Origin: an uncultured Nitrospira sp.
GTDB lineage: Bacteria > Nitrospirota > Nitrospiria > SBBL01 > JAADHI01
Assembly: GCA_964451325.1 (NCBI GenBank)
Contig: CAYVHO010000006.1
Span: 49,959-113,958, forward strand
Reading direction: 5' to 3'
Length of the DNA: 64,000 nt
The notes beneath the pieces were generated by a model. It had not been told where the DNA came from, ran no database searches, and was given only the letters and a program-made list of their open reading frames with translations. Positions 26,256 to 35,579 of this stretch are shown piece after piece. How positions within the stretch are numbered: the first letter of the stretch is position 1; each line of letters starts with the position of its first letter. Both the position numbers and the translations under genes were made by a program.

Positions 26256-27977
26256 ATGTCTGAGCATGAAGTGGATTTGACCGAAGGTGAAGTCGACTAT
26301 GATCAGGAGGAAGTTCAGTCCGCCAGAGAAGTGCTTCAATTCCTCACAAAAACAGCCAAGACCCTCAAAATTTATCTCCCGAATAACCCCATTCATCAAA
26401 AATTTATTAACAGCTTGTTTGAAAAACTTGAGACTCACCTCGAATCCTTTGGCCCCCTTCGCCTCAGAATCAAGCAGTTTGAATTTTTGTGTTCAGCACA
26501 GCAAATTTATGAAAATCTAAACCGTCTGGAAAGTATTGCGTTTCGGTTATTTATCGATGGTTTACGCGAGTTGTCTTTTTATCCCGGTCTTGAAAAAAAA
26601 GAGCTGATTACTTTTCTGAAAATTATTGGTCAGGAAGCGGATGACGAGGTCGAAGGAGAGGCGGGAGCCGACGACGATATCGTGACCCGGCTTTGGGAAA
26701 AACATTTGACTCATATTCAGTATATTGTTGTGGACGATCTCATCGGAGACATGGATGCGGTTGAGACCTGTCGCGAGATGCGACCGGAGCCTGCAAAACC
26801 ACAGCAGCTTCAGGCCCTGCATCAACAGGAAGTGCTCTCTCCCGCCCAGATGATACCGAAGAATGTTGAGGTTCCTGCACTGCATATTTTCAAACTGAGC
26901 GAAGACGAAGTGAGTGACCTTAAACGTGAGCTGCGTTGGGAAGAAGAAATCGATATTGTGAATGAATTAGAAAGTATGCTCTTTGACATTCTCCGTATCG
27001 AAACGGATGCCACCCGTTTTTCGGAAGTGCTTGGCATTATCGACAATATTCTTGAAGAACTGATGTTCAAAGCAGATTTTATCCATGCACGAAAGATTCT
27101 TGAATTTTATTGGGAGATGCTGGAGCCGGAAAAAGCACTTTCCGAAGAACTGGTGGACTTGCTTAAAAAAGCCCTGATCCAGGGAGGGAATCCCAAACGA
27201 ATTGTTGCGATGAATGATGTCCTCAATCGTTTGTCTTCCGAAGCCCTGGATCAGTTTCTTCCGTTGATAGTGCTTTTTCAGAAAGAGGTGATTCCTTCGG
27301 TGATTGAGCTTTTGGCTGAGGTCAAAACCATGAAACCCCGAAGGGTCCTTTGCGATATTCTGGTGGAATTGGGACAGACGGATCTGAATGCGATTATTGC
27401 GCGATTACAGGATCCCCGTTGGTTTGTCGTCCGTAATTTGATTTATGTTCTGGGCAAAATAGGGGATGCGAGCGTGCTTAAGCATCTACCTCCGTTTGTG
27501 AATCATGAAGAACTGAAGATCCGTAAGGAAGTCCTGCATGTGCTGGATGCAATAAAAAACCCAAAAGCAGATGCACTCTTGATTCATTTTATTGATGATC
27601 CCGACCTTTCCAATCGTGTTTACGCGATTAAAAGCCTGGTGAAACGAGAGGTCGTAGATGCACTTCCCCTGCTGATGACCCTTATTTCAACAAAGGAATT
27701 TGAAGTGAAGGTGCTCTATGAAAAAAAAGAGATCTTTTATGCGCTTGCAAAGTTAGGGGGTGATTCTCTTGTGCCAGAATTTGAAAAACATCTGAACACG
27801 CCTTGGAGTTTATTTAAAAATATTCAAGCCGATGAGCGTGGGCTTTGTGCGGCAATGGCCTTGCAGCGTCTGGGTTCTCCTGCGGCCATCATTGTGCTTC
27901 GGGCCGGAGGGCGATCACGAAATAAAGTGATTCGAGAGGCCTGCGAGAAGGCGCTTGGGGTGTTGGGGACAGCGTAG
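26256..27977 (+). CDS. HEAT-repeat protein
   Basis: 573 aa. C-terminal half has repeated D/E-x-R-x3-A/V-x2-L-G-x-I/L-G units (DPRWFVVRNLIYVLGKIGD, ELKIRKEVLHVLD, DLSNRVYAIKSLV). N-terminal half unassigned. Confidence 0.75.
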   Translation: MSEHEVDLTEGEVDYDQEEVQSAREVLQFLTKTAKTLKIYLPNNPIHQKFINSLFEKLETHLESFGPLRLRIKQFEFLCSAQQIYENLNRLESIAFRLFIDGLRELSFYPGLEKKELITFLKIIGQEADDEVEGEAGADDDIVTRLWEKHLTHIQYIVVDDLIGDMDAVETCREMRPEPAKPQQLQALHQQEVLSPAQMIPKNVEVPALHIFKLSEDEVSDLKRELRWEEEIDIVNELESMLFDILRIETDATRFSEVLGIIDNILEELMFKADFIHARKILEFYWEMLEPEKALSEELVDLLKKALIQGGNPKRIVAMNDVLNRLSSEALDQFLPLIVLFQKEVIPSVIELLAEVKTMKPRRVLCDILVELGQTDLNAIIARLQDPRWFVVRNLIYVLGKIGDASVLKHLPPFVNHEELKIRKEVLHVLDAIKNPKADALLIHFIDDPDLSNRVYAIKSLVKREVVDALPLLMTLISTKEFEVKVLYEKKEIFYALAKLGGDSLVPEFEKHLNTPWSLFKNIQADERGLCAAMALQRLGSPAAIIVLRAGGRSRNKVIREACEKALGVLGTA

Positions 27978-28004
27978 CCTTCGGAATTGAGGAGTTTTAA
28001 CCGA

Positions 28005-29435
28005 ATGTTTGCATATGATGAAGCACGTGCGGATTCAGGAAAAAAACTGGTAAAGCAGTTATCTATCCTGATTAAAACGGCTCAGATCCATGGCATGGGT
28101 AATCTTGCCTTTGATCAGCCCATCGAAAAATTTCATCATACCTTGGACATGCTGTTTATGGATGATTCCGAAGTGGTCTTGATGCTTGAAGGGGATGTCC
28201 TCTTTTTGGGGGAGACGAAGCTCAAGATTGACATCGATGGGTTTTCCAGTTTGATGTTTGTCATCAATGAAATGAAAAAACGAGCGCTTGGCAGCATCGC
28301 TTTTTTTAAAGGGATTAGTAAACGAGAGGTCATCACTTTTTGTGTGCTTTTTGCGAAACTCGATCTGACCGCGGAAGATCCTTTTGAACGATTTTTACAG
28401 GAAAAAGACAAGGCCCATCTTTCAAATCCAGAGATCGAGCCCTACGAAGAAATTAAAGAAAAAGAGTCTTTAGACGATATATTTAAAGATAAAAAAGAGT
28501 TCGCTAAAAAAACCTATGTAAGCACGGTCAGCGCTGTTTCAGAGGTGATGGACAGCTTGAAGCTGAGGCAGGCCGTTAGTTTAAAACGCTCTAAACGAGT
28601 GGTGCAGTCGATGGTGGATCTCATGTTGAAGGAAGATTCTACTCTTTTGGGTTTAACAAATCTCAGAAGTCACGACGAATATACCTACAACCATTCGGTC
28701 AATGTTTGTATTCTGGCTTTGGCCATCGGACAGCGTTTGGGTTATCGCAAACGGAACCTCAGCGAACTGGGTATGGCGGCACTGTTTCATGACCTCGGAA
28801 AATACGATATCCCTCTGGAAATTTTAAATAAGCCAACCGATTTTACGCCGGAAGAATGGGAAATTATGCGGACACACCCGATTCTGTCGGTGAAAGAATT
28901 GGTCCGTTTGAAGGGAATTCATGAAATGGCAGTGAAAGTGGCCATCGGGGCTTTTGAACACCATCTAAACTATGACCTTTCGGGATATCCCAAACTTGCA
29001 ACAAAGCGAAAGCTATCGCTGGTGGGACGTATTGTGTGCATCGTGGATTGTTACGATGCTTTAACTTCTTCTCGGGTATACAGTCGTATTCCCTTTGCAC
29101 CAGACAAAGCCCTGCGGTTTATGTTGAGTCGGAGCGGAAAAGCCTTTGACCCCGTGCTCATGAAGTTGTTTGTTAATTCCATTGGGGTATTCCCAATTGG
29201 AACGCTTGTTTTACTCAATACCAAAGAAATCGGTGTCGTTGCTGCGTCAAACCCTAATCCAGAAAAAGGGGATCGACCCAAAATTCGCATTATTATGGAC
29301 GCCTCAGGCAATGAGACAGAAGAGCGGTTTATCGATTTGTCTGAGGAAGACAGTCGGGGGCATTTTGTTTTTGAAATCACAAATGTGCTGGATGCGACGC
29401 AGTACAAAATAGATGTAGGACGATACTTCCTTTAA
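28005..29435 (+). CDS. HD-GYP domain protein (putative c-di-GMP phosphodiesterase)
   Basis: HSVNV, LFHDLGK, HHLNYDLSGYP. ORF track starts at TTG 27987. ATG 28005 lies 10 nt after GAGGAG. Confidence 0.88.
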   Translation: MFAYDEARADSGKKLVKQLSILIKTAQIHGMGNLAFDQPIEKFHHTLDMLFMDDSEVVLMLEGDVLFLGETKLKIDIDGFSSLMFVINEMKKRALGSIAFFKGISKREVITFCVLFAKLDLTAEDPFERFLQEKDKAHLSNPEIEPYEEIKEKESLDDIFKDKKEFAKKTYVSTVSAVSEVMDSLKLRQAVSLKRSKRVVQSMVDLMLKEDSTLLGLTNLRSHDEYTYNHSVNVCILALAIGQRLGYRKRNLSELGMAALFHDLGKYDIPLEILNKPTDFTPEEWEIMRTHPILSVKELVRLKGIHEMAVKVAIGAFEHHLNYDLSGYPKLATKRKLSLVGRIVCIVDCYDALTSSRVYSRIPFAPDKALRFMLSRSGKAFDPVLMKLFVNSIGVFPIGTLVLLNTKEIGVVAASNPNPEKGDRPKIRIIMDASGNETEERFIDLSEEDSRGHFVFEITNVLDATQYKIDVGRYFL

Positions 29436-29464
29436 TTTTCCAAACCCGCCATTTTATTACAAGT

Positions 29465-30178
29465 TTATCGTGTGCCGGTGTGGATGGCGACGATGCCGCC
29501 TGCCAGGTTTTGGTAAGCGGTGTTTTTGAATCCGGTGTTTTCGATTTGTTTTTTGAAGGTGAGTTGGTTGGGGAATTTTCGGATGGAGTCGGGCAGGTAT
29601 TGATAGATGCCTGTTTTGTCTCTTGCGACCCAGGTGCCGATCTTGGGCAGCAGGACAAAGGAATAAAAATCGTACATTTTGCGAAAGGGTGGGAAAACCG
29701 GGGTTGAAAAATCGAGGCAGGCCATTCTCCCGCCGGGTTTGAGCAAACGGTAGATTTCACTGAGGGCTTGTTTGAGGTCTGAAACATTTCTCATGCAAAA
29801 ACCTGTCAAAATCGCATCAAATGACTGGTCTCGAAAGGGCAGGCGTTCTGCATTGGCGAGCGCGACGGAGACCTCTTTTAAACCTCGTGTTTCAATTTTC
29901 TTTTTGCCGATGGAAAGCATGGGTTCGTTTAAGTCGGAGGCGATAACAAATCCACCTTTTCCCAGTCGTTCTGCTGCTAAAATTGAAAGATCAGCTGTGC
30001 CAGAGCCAATATCCAGTACCTTATGATTGGGCGCAATGTCGAGCAGATCCAGGGTCTTTTTTTTCCATGAATGGTGAAGCCCAAGAGAGAGTAAGCTGTT
30101 ATTTAAATCGTAATAATGCGCGATGGAGCTGAACATCTTTTGTACGGTTTTTTCTTTGTCGAAGGCGGTTTGTGTCAC
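29465..30178 (-). CDS. ubiE: Demethylmenaquinone / ubiquinone C-methyltransferase
   Basis: MFSSIAHYYDLNNSLLSLGLHHSWKK and SAM motif VLDIGSGTADLS. GTG start. Confidence 0.88.
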   Translation of the reverse strand: MTQTAFDKEKTVQKMFSSIAHYYDLNNSLLSLGLHHSWKKKTLDLLDIAPNHKVLDIGSGTADLSILAAERLGKGGFVIASDLNEPMLSIGKKKIETRGLKEVSVALANAERLPFRDQSFDAILTGFCMRNVSDLKQALSEIYRLLKPGGRMACLDFSTPVFPPFRKMYDFYSFVLLPKIGTWVARDKTGIYQYLPDSIRKFPNQLTFKKQIENTGFKNTAYQNLAGGIVAIHTGTR

Positions 30179-30335
30179 AATTTTCCTTATGATTATAAAA
30201 ACGGAATTCTCTCTGTTCGAGGTTTTTACCTTTCTTTAAATTGAGTTTGTTTTTTGTCGGTTTTTATAAACGGATGCATGAAGCGAAGTCAAGAGAAGTC
30301 CTGCGTGAGCAGGGGATACTTGTTTGAACGTCGGC

Positions 30336-31076
30336 TTAAAAGCCGACATTCAAACGTGCAGTGTACATGGGCAGGTCACCAAAATCTGCTTGAAAAACAA
30401 AGTTGATGAGCGCGAGGGAAATCTTCGCACCGACAAAGGGTTTTGCGACGTTGATTTCCGCTTTTTGAAGGTTTAAAATCGGGTCTTTTTCTTCGCTGGA
30501 GATCCAAACCTGTCCGTAACCTGCGTAGGGCGTGACAAAGAGAAAACCCTTGCTGATAGAGATGTCGGCGCCCATGGTTTCTAAATCAAGATCATCCACA
30601 CCGGATAAGGTGGTGTAAGACCCGCGAATTGCGACAGCGGGTAGTGTTGCATTTCCCGAAATGATGGCCCACTTAAGCTCTCCTCCGATGACTTTAATAT
30701 TTGAACTGGGAAGTTTTGTGTAGCTTGCACCGATGTCAAACCCGAAAGGCAATCCTTTTTGAAGGTGAATTCGTGGCAAAATGATGGTTCCGGGTACATC
30801 ATCTAGGAGGACGGAATCCCAAAGTCCCTCATCTATGTTGATGGCCGTGGCTTCGATACCGATATCAAAGCCAAAAATGCCAAGCGGTTCTGCAGGTGCC
30901 AGCGGTAGGTAGCTGATCGCAAGTCCGATTTCTTTGGAGAAATCTTCAAAGACGGATTGCGCTAAGATGCTTGGAAGTTCAATGTCAAGTTTTCCCGCAG
31001 CGGCGGGTCGGCTGAAAACGACTAAGGTCAGGACCAGTGTAGCCCAAATTGTGTAGCCTTTTATTTTAGATGACAT
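30336..31076 (-). CDS. Putative outer-membrane beta-barrel protein
   Basis: Start moved to ATG 31076 (SD AAAGGAGAA). Signal peptide ..LVLTLVVFSRPAAAG, alternating amphipathic strands, C-terminal ..RLNVGF. Confidence 0.55.
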   Translation of the reverse strand: MSSKIKGYTIWATLVLTLVVFSRPAAAGKLDIELPSILAQSVFEDFSKEIGLAISYLPLAPAEPLGIFGFDIGIEATAINIDEGLWDSVLLDDVPGTIILPRIHLQKGLPFGFDIGASYTKLPSSNIKVIGGELKWAIISGNATLPAVAIRGSYTTLSGVDDLDLETMGADISISKGFLFVTPYAGYGQVWISSEEKDPILNLQKAEINVAKPFVGAKISLALINFVFQADFGDLPMYTARLNVGF

Positions 31077-31163
31077 GGATGGATTCTCCTTTAAAATGAT
31101 TGACTGTCTGCTCACGTAGTAAGTGGGGGATCAATTTTTAACCCAGTATATCAGAATTTTTTC

Positions 31164-31192
31164 TTGACAAAGAAAGACTTAGACACTAATAT
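31164..31192 (+). promoter_or_regulatory. Sigma70 promoter candidate upstream of the tRNA-tuf cluster
   Basis: TTGACA (31164-31169), 17 nt, TAATAT (31187-31192), with a T-rich UP-like tract upstream. About 135 nt before the first tRNA. Confidence 0.5.
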
Positions 31193-31332
31193 TAGCCGTT
31201 TGTTTGGCTAGGTCATTCTTTCGTTGTTTTTTGCTAAAACACGTTTGGGATATAAATTTCTTCAAATGCAAATCGTAGGTCTATATATCATAGTCATTTT
31301 TTGAATGTAAAGAATCCGACATTGAGCCGAAG

Positions 31333-31405
31333 GCTGGCGTAGCTCAGTTGGCAGAGCAGCTGATTTGTAATCAGCAGGTCGGGGGTTCAAATCCCTTCGC
31401 CAGCT
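31333..31405 (+). tRNA. tRNA-Thr (anticodon TGT), CCA not encoded
   Basis: Acceptor GCTGGCG/CGCCAGC, anticodon stem GCTGA/TCAGC with loop TTTGTAA. Confidence 0.9.
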
Positions 31406-31496
31406 CCGGATTTTCTGTCGAGCTTGGATTGACAAATCTGAAGGATGAACGCGGAAGTTGGTCGCATATAATATAGAGTTAATGTCTTTTTGATGT

Positions 31497-31582
31497 GGGG
31501 AGGTACCCGAGTGGACAAAGGGAGCAGACTGTAAATCTGCCGCTTCCGAGCTACGGAGGTTCGAATCCTCCCCTCCCCACCA
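31497..31582 (+). tRNA. tRNA-Tyr (anticodon GTA), long variable arm, CCA encoded
   Basis: Acceptor GGGGAGG/CCTCCCC, loop ACTGTAAAT, T-arm GGAGG-TTCGAAT-CCTCC. Confidence 0.9.
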
Positions 31583-31596
31583 GTCAAATTGGTTTT

Positions 31597-31671
31597 GCGG
31601 GAATAGCTCAGTGGTAGAGCGCTAGCCTTCCAAGCTGGATGTCGCGGGTTCAAATCCCGTTTCCCGCTCCA
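31597..31671 (+). tRNA. tRNA-Gly (anticodon TCC), CCA encoded
   Basis: Acceptor GCGGGAA/TTCCCGC, anticodon loop CTTCCAA. Confidence 0.9.
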
Positions 31672-31769
31672 AAATAAGCAGTGGGACTTGCGGTGGATGT
31701 CTTTTTTGTTTCGACTGAGTTTTATCTTGGGGAGATTTGTTAAGTTGTGAGGTTAGGGGCTGCTCTTGT

Positions 31770-31842
31770 GCCCTTGTAGCTCAGTCGGTAGAGCACATCC
31801 TTGGTAAGGATGAGGTCACCGGTTCAAATCCGGTCAAGGGCT
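31770..31842 (+). tRNA. tRNA-Thr (anticodon GGT), CCA not encoded
   Basis: Acceptor GCCCTTG/CAAGGGC, anticodon stem CATCC/GGATG with loop TTGGTAA. Confidence 0.9.
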
Positions 31843-31991
31843 TTTTTATGTACTATGCCACCTAAGGAAGAAATGCTAGACGGGGAGATGGATCGATGTT
31901 ATCTTTGTCCAAAATTGAGGGTCTGTCCCAGATCTTGGGGGCGTTTTAAGTTAGGTATTCTGTTTTTTGTAGTGTTTGATACTAATCTAAT

Positions 31992-33200
31992 GAGGAGATA
32001 GAGATGGGTAAGGCGAAGTTTGAGCGGACAAAGCCGCATGTGAATATAGGGACAATTGGTCACGTGGATCACGGGAAGACGACCTTGACCTCTGCAATTA
32101 CAAAAGTTCTGGCCGAAAAAGGCTCAGCCGAATATCTTGCCTACGACTCCATTGATCGAGCACCTGAAGAGCGGGAACGTGGTATCACCATCGCCATCGC
32201 GCATGTCGAATACGAAACCGAAAAAAGACACTATGCCCATGTGGATTGCCCCGGTCATGCCGACTACGTCAAAAACATGATTACTGGCGCTGCACAGATG
32301 GACGGCGCAATCTTAGTCGTCTCCGCCGCAGATGGCCCCATGCCGCAAACACGGGAACACATTCTACTCGCGCGTCAGGTTGGCGTGCCTTTCATCGTGG
32401 TCTATCTCAACAAAGCCGATCAGGTCGATGATGAAGAACTACTCGAACTCGTTGAATTAGAAGTTCGAGAGCTGCTTTCAAAATATGATTTTCCAGGAGA
32501 TGACATCCCCTTGGTCGTGGGTTCTGCCTTAAAAGCCTGCGAAGGCGATAGCGGCCCCATGGGAGGAGAATCCATCTTAAAACTCATGGATGCCATCGAC
32601 GAATACATCCCCACGCCGAAGCGTGAAATAGACAAACCCTTTATCATGCCTATAGAAGACGTCTTTTCTATTTCAGGTCGTGGCACCGTCGTGACCGGTC
32701 GTATCGAAAAAGGCGTTTGTAAGGTGGGTGACGAAATTGAAATTGTTGGCGTTACCGAAACCCAGAAAACAGTCGTTACCGGTGTAGAAATGTTTCGCAA
32801 GATCTTAGATCGTGGCGAAGCCGGAGACAATGTCGGCGTCTTAATTCGTGGCACCAAACGAGAAGAAGTGCAGCGTGGCATGGTCCTGTCGAAACCGGGC
32901 AGCATTACCCCGCACACCGTATTTAAGGCCGAAGCCTATATCCTGACCAAAGAAGAAGGGGGTCGTCATACCCCGTTTTTTAATGGCTATCGTCCGCAGT
33001 TTTATTTGAGAACCACCGACGTCACCGGTATTGCGAAATTGAACGAAGGTGTTGAAATGGTCATGCCTGGAGACAACGCCGCGATGGAAGTTGAGTTGAT
33101 TATGCCGATCGCCATGGACGTCGGATTGCGTTTTGCGATTCGAGAAGGCGGTCGAACGGTCGGCGCCGGCGTCATCACAGAAATTATTAAGTAATTTACG
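31992..33200 (+). repeat. tuf repeat copy 1 (1209 bp, pairs with 48112-49320)
   Basis: All 10-mers compared by eye. Identical from 12 nt upstream of ATG to 6 nt past the stop, except at 33137, 33167 and 33170. Confidence 0.95.
32004..33194 (+). CDS. tuf: Elongation factor Tu (copy 1)
   Basis: 396 aa. [19 protein letters not shown]. Confidence 0.99.
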   Translation: MGKAKFERTKPHVNIGTIGHVDHGKTTLTSAITKVLAEKGSAEYLAYDSIDRAPEERERGITIAIAHVEYETEKRHYAHVDCPGHADYVKNMITGAAQMDGAILVVSAADGPMPQTREHILLARQVGVPFIVVYLNKADQVDDEELLELVELEVRELLSKYDFPGDDIPLVVGSALKACEGDSGPMGGESILKLMDAIDEYIPTPKREIDKPFIMPIEDVFSISGRGTVVTGRIEKGVCKVGDEIEIVGVTETQKTVVTGVEMFRKILDRGEAGDNVGVLIRGTKREEVQRGMVLSKPGSITPHTVFKAEAYILTKEEGGRHTPFFNGYRPQFYLRTTDVTGIAKLNEGVEMVMPGDNAAMEVELIMPIAMDVGLRFAIREGGRTVGAGVITEIIK

Positions 33201-33233
33201 CGTAATCATTACGCTTTACATGGGGCTTGGCTT

Positions 33234-33383
33234 ATGAGAGAAATTATTACTTTGGGTTGTTTGGATTGCAAAAGAAGAAACTATTCGACGATGAAGAACA
33301 AGCGGAATACGCCTGATCGGGTTGAATTGAAGAAATATTGTAATTCCTGTCGGAAACATACGCTGCATAAAGAGGTCAAGTAG
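33234..33383 (+). CDS. rpmG: 50S ribosomal protein L33
   Basis: Not in the ORF track (49 aa). [49 protein letters not shown]. Confidence 0.93.
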   Translation: MREIITLGCLDCKRRNYSTMKNKRNTPDRVELKKYCNSCRKHTLHKEVK

Positions 33384-33406
33384 ATTTGATTGATGAATTG
33401 CATTTT

Positions 33407-33481
33407 AGGCCAGTAGCTCTAATTGGTTAGAGCGGCGGTCTCCAAAACCGCATGTTGGGGGTTCGAGTCCCTCCTGGCCTG
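33407..33481 (+). tRNA. tRNA-Trp (anticodon CCA)
   Basis: Acceptor AGGCCAG/CTGGCCT, anticodon stem GCGGT/ACCGC with loop CTCCAAA. Confidence 0.88.
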
Positions 33482-33548
33482 CTTTTTTTGAGTGGGTCGT
33501 TTGTGCGAATTCAATTTTATCGAGATTACTGATATAAGGGAGAGTCAG

Positions 33549-33743
33549 ATGGTTGGAAAGGGATTAAATGCTGTTCGTGGTTTTTTTAAGGACGTTAAAA
33601 GCGAACTCTTAAAAGTGACGTTTCCCTCGAAAAATGAAACGATTGGCTCGACAACGGTTGTGATTATTTTTACCATGATTGTGGCGCTTTATTTGGCCGG
33701 TGTTGATATTATTCTCGTTCGTTTGCTTCGTTTGGCAGTTTAA
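33549..33743 (+). CDS. secE: Preprotein translocase subunit SecE
   Basis: 64 aa from ATG 33549 (SD AAGGGAGAG). KDVKSELLKVTFPSKNET plus one TM helix. Confidence 0.9.
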   Translation: MVGKGLNAVRGFFKDVKSELLKVTFPSKNETIGSTTVVIIFTMIVALYLAGVDIILVRLLRLAV

Positions 33744-33766
33744 TGTCCTTGAGCGAGGGAGGGCTT

Positions 33767-34297
33767 ATGGAAAAGGAATGGTATGTCGTGCATACCTACT
33801 CGGGTTATGAGGGGCGGGTTAAGGCGAGTTTGGAAGAACGCGTGAAGACACTTGGCCTCGAAGAGCGGGTGGGAACGATCTTAATCCCCTCTGAAGAAGT
33901 GACTGAGATAAAGGAAGGGAAAAAACGGACTTCCACAAAAAAGTTTTTCCCAGGTTATATTATCGCAGAGCTGGTGCTTGATCCTGAAATTCATCAGCTT
34001 GTAACAGGAACCCCAAAAGTCACCGGGTTTCTGGGTGCAGGAGATATGCCTGCGCCCTTGCCGCTCCAGGAAGTAAAGCGGCTTCTAAAACAATTGGATG
34101 AAGGTGTTGCCCCTTCTGCTGATTTGGCGCGTTTCGACAAATCTGAAAATGTTCGTATTGTGGATGGTCCTTTTTTGGGTTTCAATGGTGTTGTTGATGA
34201 AGTGAATGCGGATCAGGAAAAGCTGAAGGTCTTGGTGAGTATCTTTGGGCGCTCTACTCCCGTTGAACTCAGTTATTTGCAAGTTGAAAAAGTGTAA
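33767..34297 (+). CDS. nusG: Transcription termination/antitermination factor NusG
   Basis: MEKEWYVVHTYSGYEGRV. KOW region at the C-terminus. Alternative start ATG 33743 overlaps the secE stop. Confidence 0.95.
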   Translation: MEKEWYVVHTYSGYEGRVKASLEERVKTLGLEERVGTILIPSEEVTEIKEGKKRTSTKKFFPGYIIAELVLDPEIHQLVTGTPKVTGFLGAGDMPAPLPLQEVKRLLKQLDEGVAPSADLARFDKSENVRIVDGPFLGFNGVVDEVNADQEKLKVLVSIFGRSTPVELSYLQVEKV

Positions 34298-34359
34298 TTT
34301 AAAGTGCCAATTCCAGGTGTGAACCTGGGGCCAGTTGGAATAGAAAGGGCGTAGAAAAA

Positions 34360-34782
34360 ATGGCAAAAGAAATAAAAGGTTTGGTTAAACTCCAAATTCC
34401 TGCAGGAAAAGCAAATCCCGCGCCACCCGTCGGTCCAGCCTTGGGTCAACATGGGGTGAATATTATGGAGTTTTGTAAGGCCTTCAATGAAAAAACAAAA
34501 GGCATGGAAGGCTCGATTGTTCCTGCGGTGATCGAAATCTATGCGGATCGCACCTTTACTTTTGTACTGAAAAGCCCTCCTGCCTCTGATCTTCTGAAAA
34601 AATCTGCGGGCATTGCGAAAGGGTCTGCGGTACCACACAAAGAAAAGGTCGGCTCGGTAACACAGGCACAGGTTGAGGAAATTGCAAAAAAGAAGATGGA
34701 CGATCTCAATGCAGTGGATCTTGCGGGTGCCTGCAAGATTATTGAAGGTGCGGCCAGAAGTATGGGAATTGAGGTGAAATAA
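34360..34782 (+). CDS. rplK: 50S ribosomal protein L11
   Basis: [34 protein letters not shown]. Confidence 0.98.
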   Translation: MAKEIKGLVKLQIPAGKANPAPPVGPALGQHGVNIMEFCKAFNEKTKGMEGSIVPAVIEIYADRTFTFVLKSPPASDLLKKSAGIAKGSAVPHKEKVGSVTQAQVEEIAKKKMDDLNAVDLAGACKIIEGAARSMGIEVK

Positions 34783-34852
34783 TACAGGCGTAATTTTCTG
34801 CTGATGTTGTTTATCCAGCGGGTATTTGACTGCAACGCAATGAGGGATGAAG

Positions 34853-35551
34853 ATGGGAAAGAAGTATGACGCTTCGCTTCAAAAAATCGAAGCAAAAATG
34901 TATAGCCTGAAAGAGGCCTGCGACCTTGTCAGACAGGTGCATTCTGCAAAGTTTGATGGCAGTGTTGATTTTGCCATTCGGCTGGGGGTTGATCCACGGC
35001 ACTCCGATCAGATGGTCCGTGGCTCCGTTTTGTTACCGCATGGAACAGGGAAGAAGGTTCGGATCCTTGTTTTTGCTAAAGGAGATAAAGAAAAAGAAGC
35101 GCTTGAGGCAGGAGCAGACCATGTGGGTGTCGAAGATATACTCGAAAAAATCAAAACAGGGTGGCTTGATTTTGACCGGGTGATTGCAACCCCTGATTTG
35201 ATGGGTGTTGTCGGGCGTTTGGGGAAAGTCCTGGGTCCGAGGGGTTTAATGCCAAATCCGAAAACGGGCACCGTGACCTTTGATGTTGCAAAAGCGGTCA
35301 ATGAAATCAAAAAAGGCAAGGTTGATTATCGTGTTGAAAAGGCAGGGATTATTCATGTCGCTATTGGTCGTGTTTCGTTTACAGCGGAGCAGCTTTATGA
35401 AAATGCCCTAGCCATTTTTGACTCTGTGATCCGGCAGAAGCCTGCAGTTGCAAAGGGACAGTATATTAAACGTGTTGTTGTTTCTCCCACAATGGGGCCG
35501 GGTATCTCAGTTGACGAGGGAAGTCTTCGTCCCGAAAAAGCGGCCGCTTAA
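34853..35551 (+). CDS. rplA: 50S ribosomal protein L1
   Basis: [34 protein letters not shown] 34847 is the alternative start. Confidence 0.97.
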   Translation: MGKKYDASLQKIEAKMYSLKEACDLVRQVHSAKFDGSVDFAIRLGVDPRHSDQMVRGSVLLPHGTGKKVRILVFAKGDKEKEALEAGADHVGVEDILEKIKTGWLDFDRVIATPDLMGVVGRLGKVLGPRGLMPNPKTGTVTFDVAKAVNEIKKGKVDYRVEKAGIIHVAIGRVSFTAEQLYENALAIFDSVIRQKPAVAKGQYIKRVVVSPTMGPGISVDEGSLRPEKAAA

Positions 35552-35579
35552 GCCCAAATTTGAGGGGAAAGGAAGAGGG

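Noticed and set aside
31387-31653. An 88-aa minus-strand ORF across the tRNA cluster.
   Set aside because: It is entirely antisense to tRNA-Thr, tRNA-Tyr and tRNA-Gly, so it is an artefact of structured GC-rich tRNA sequence.
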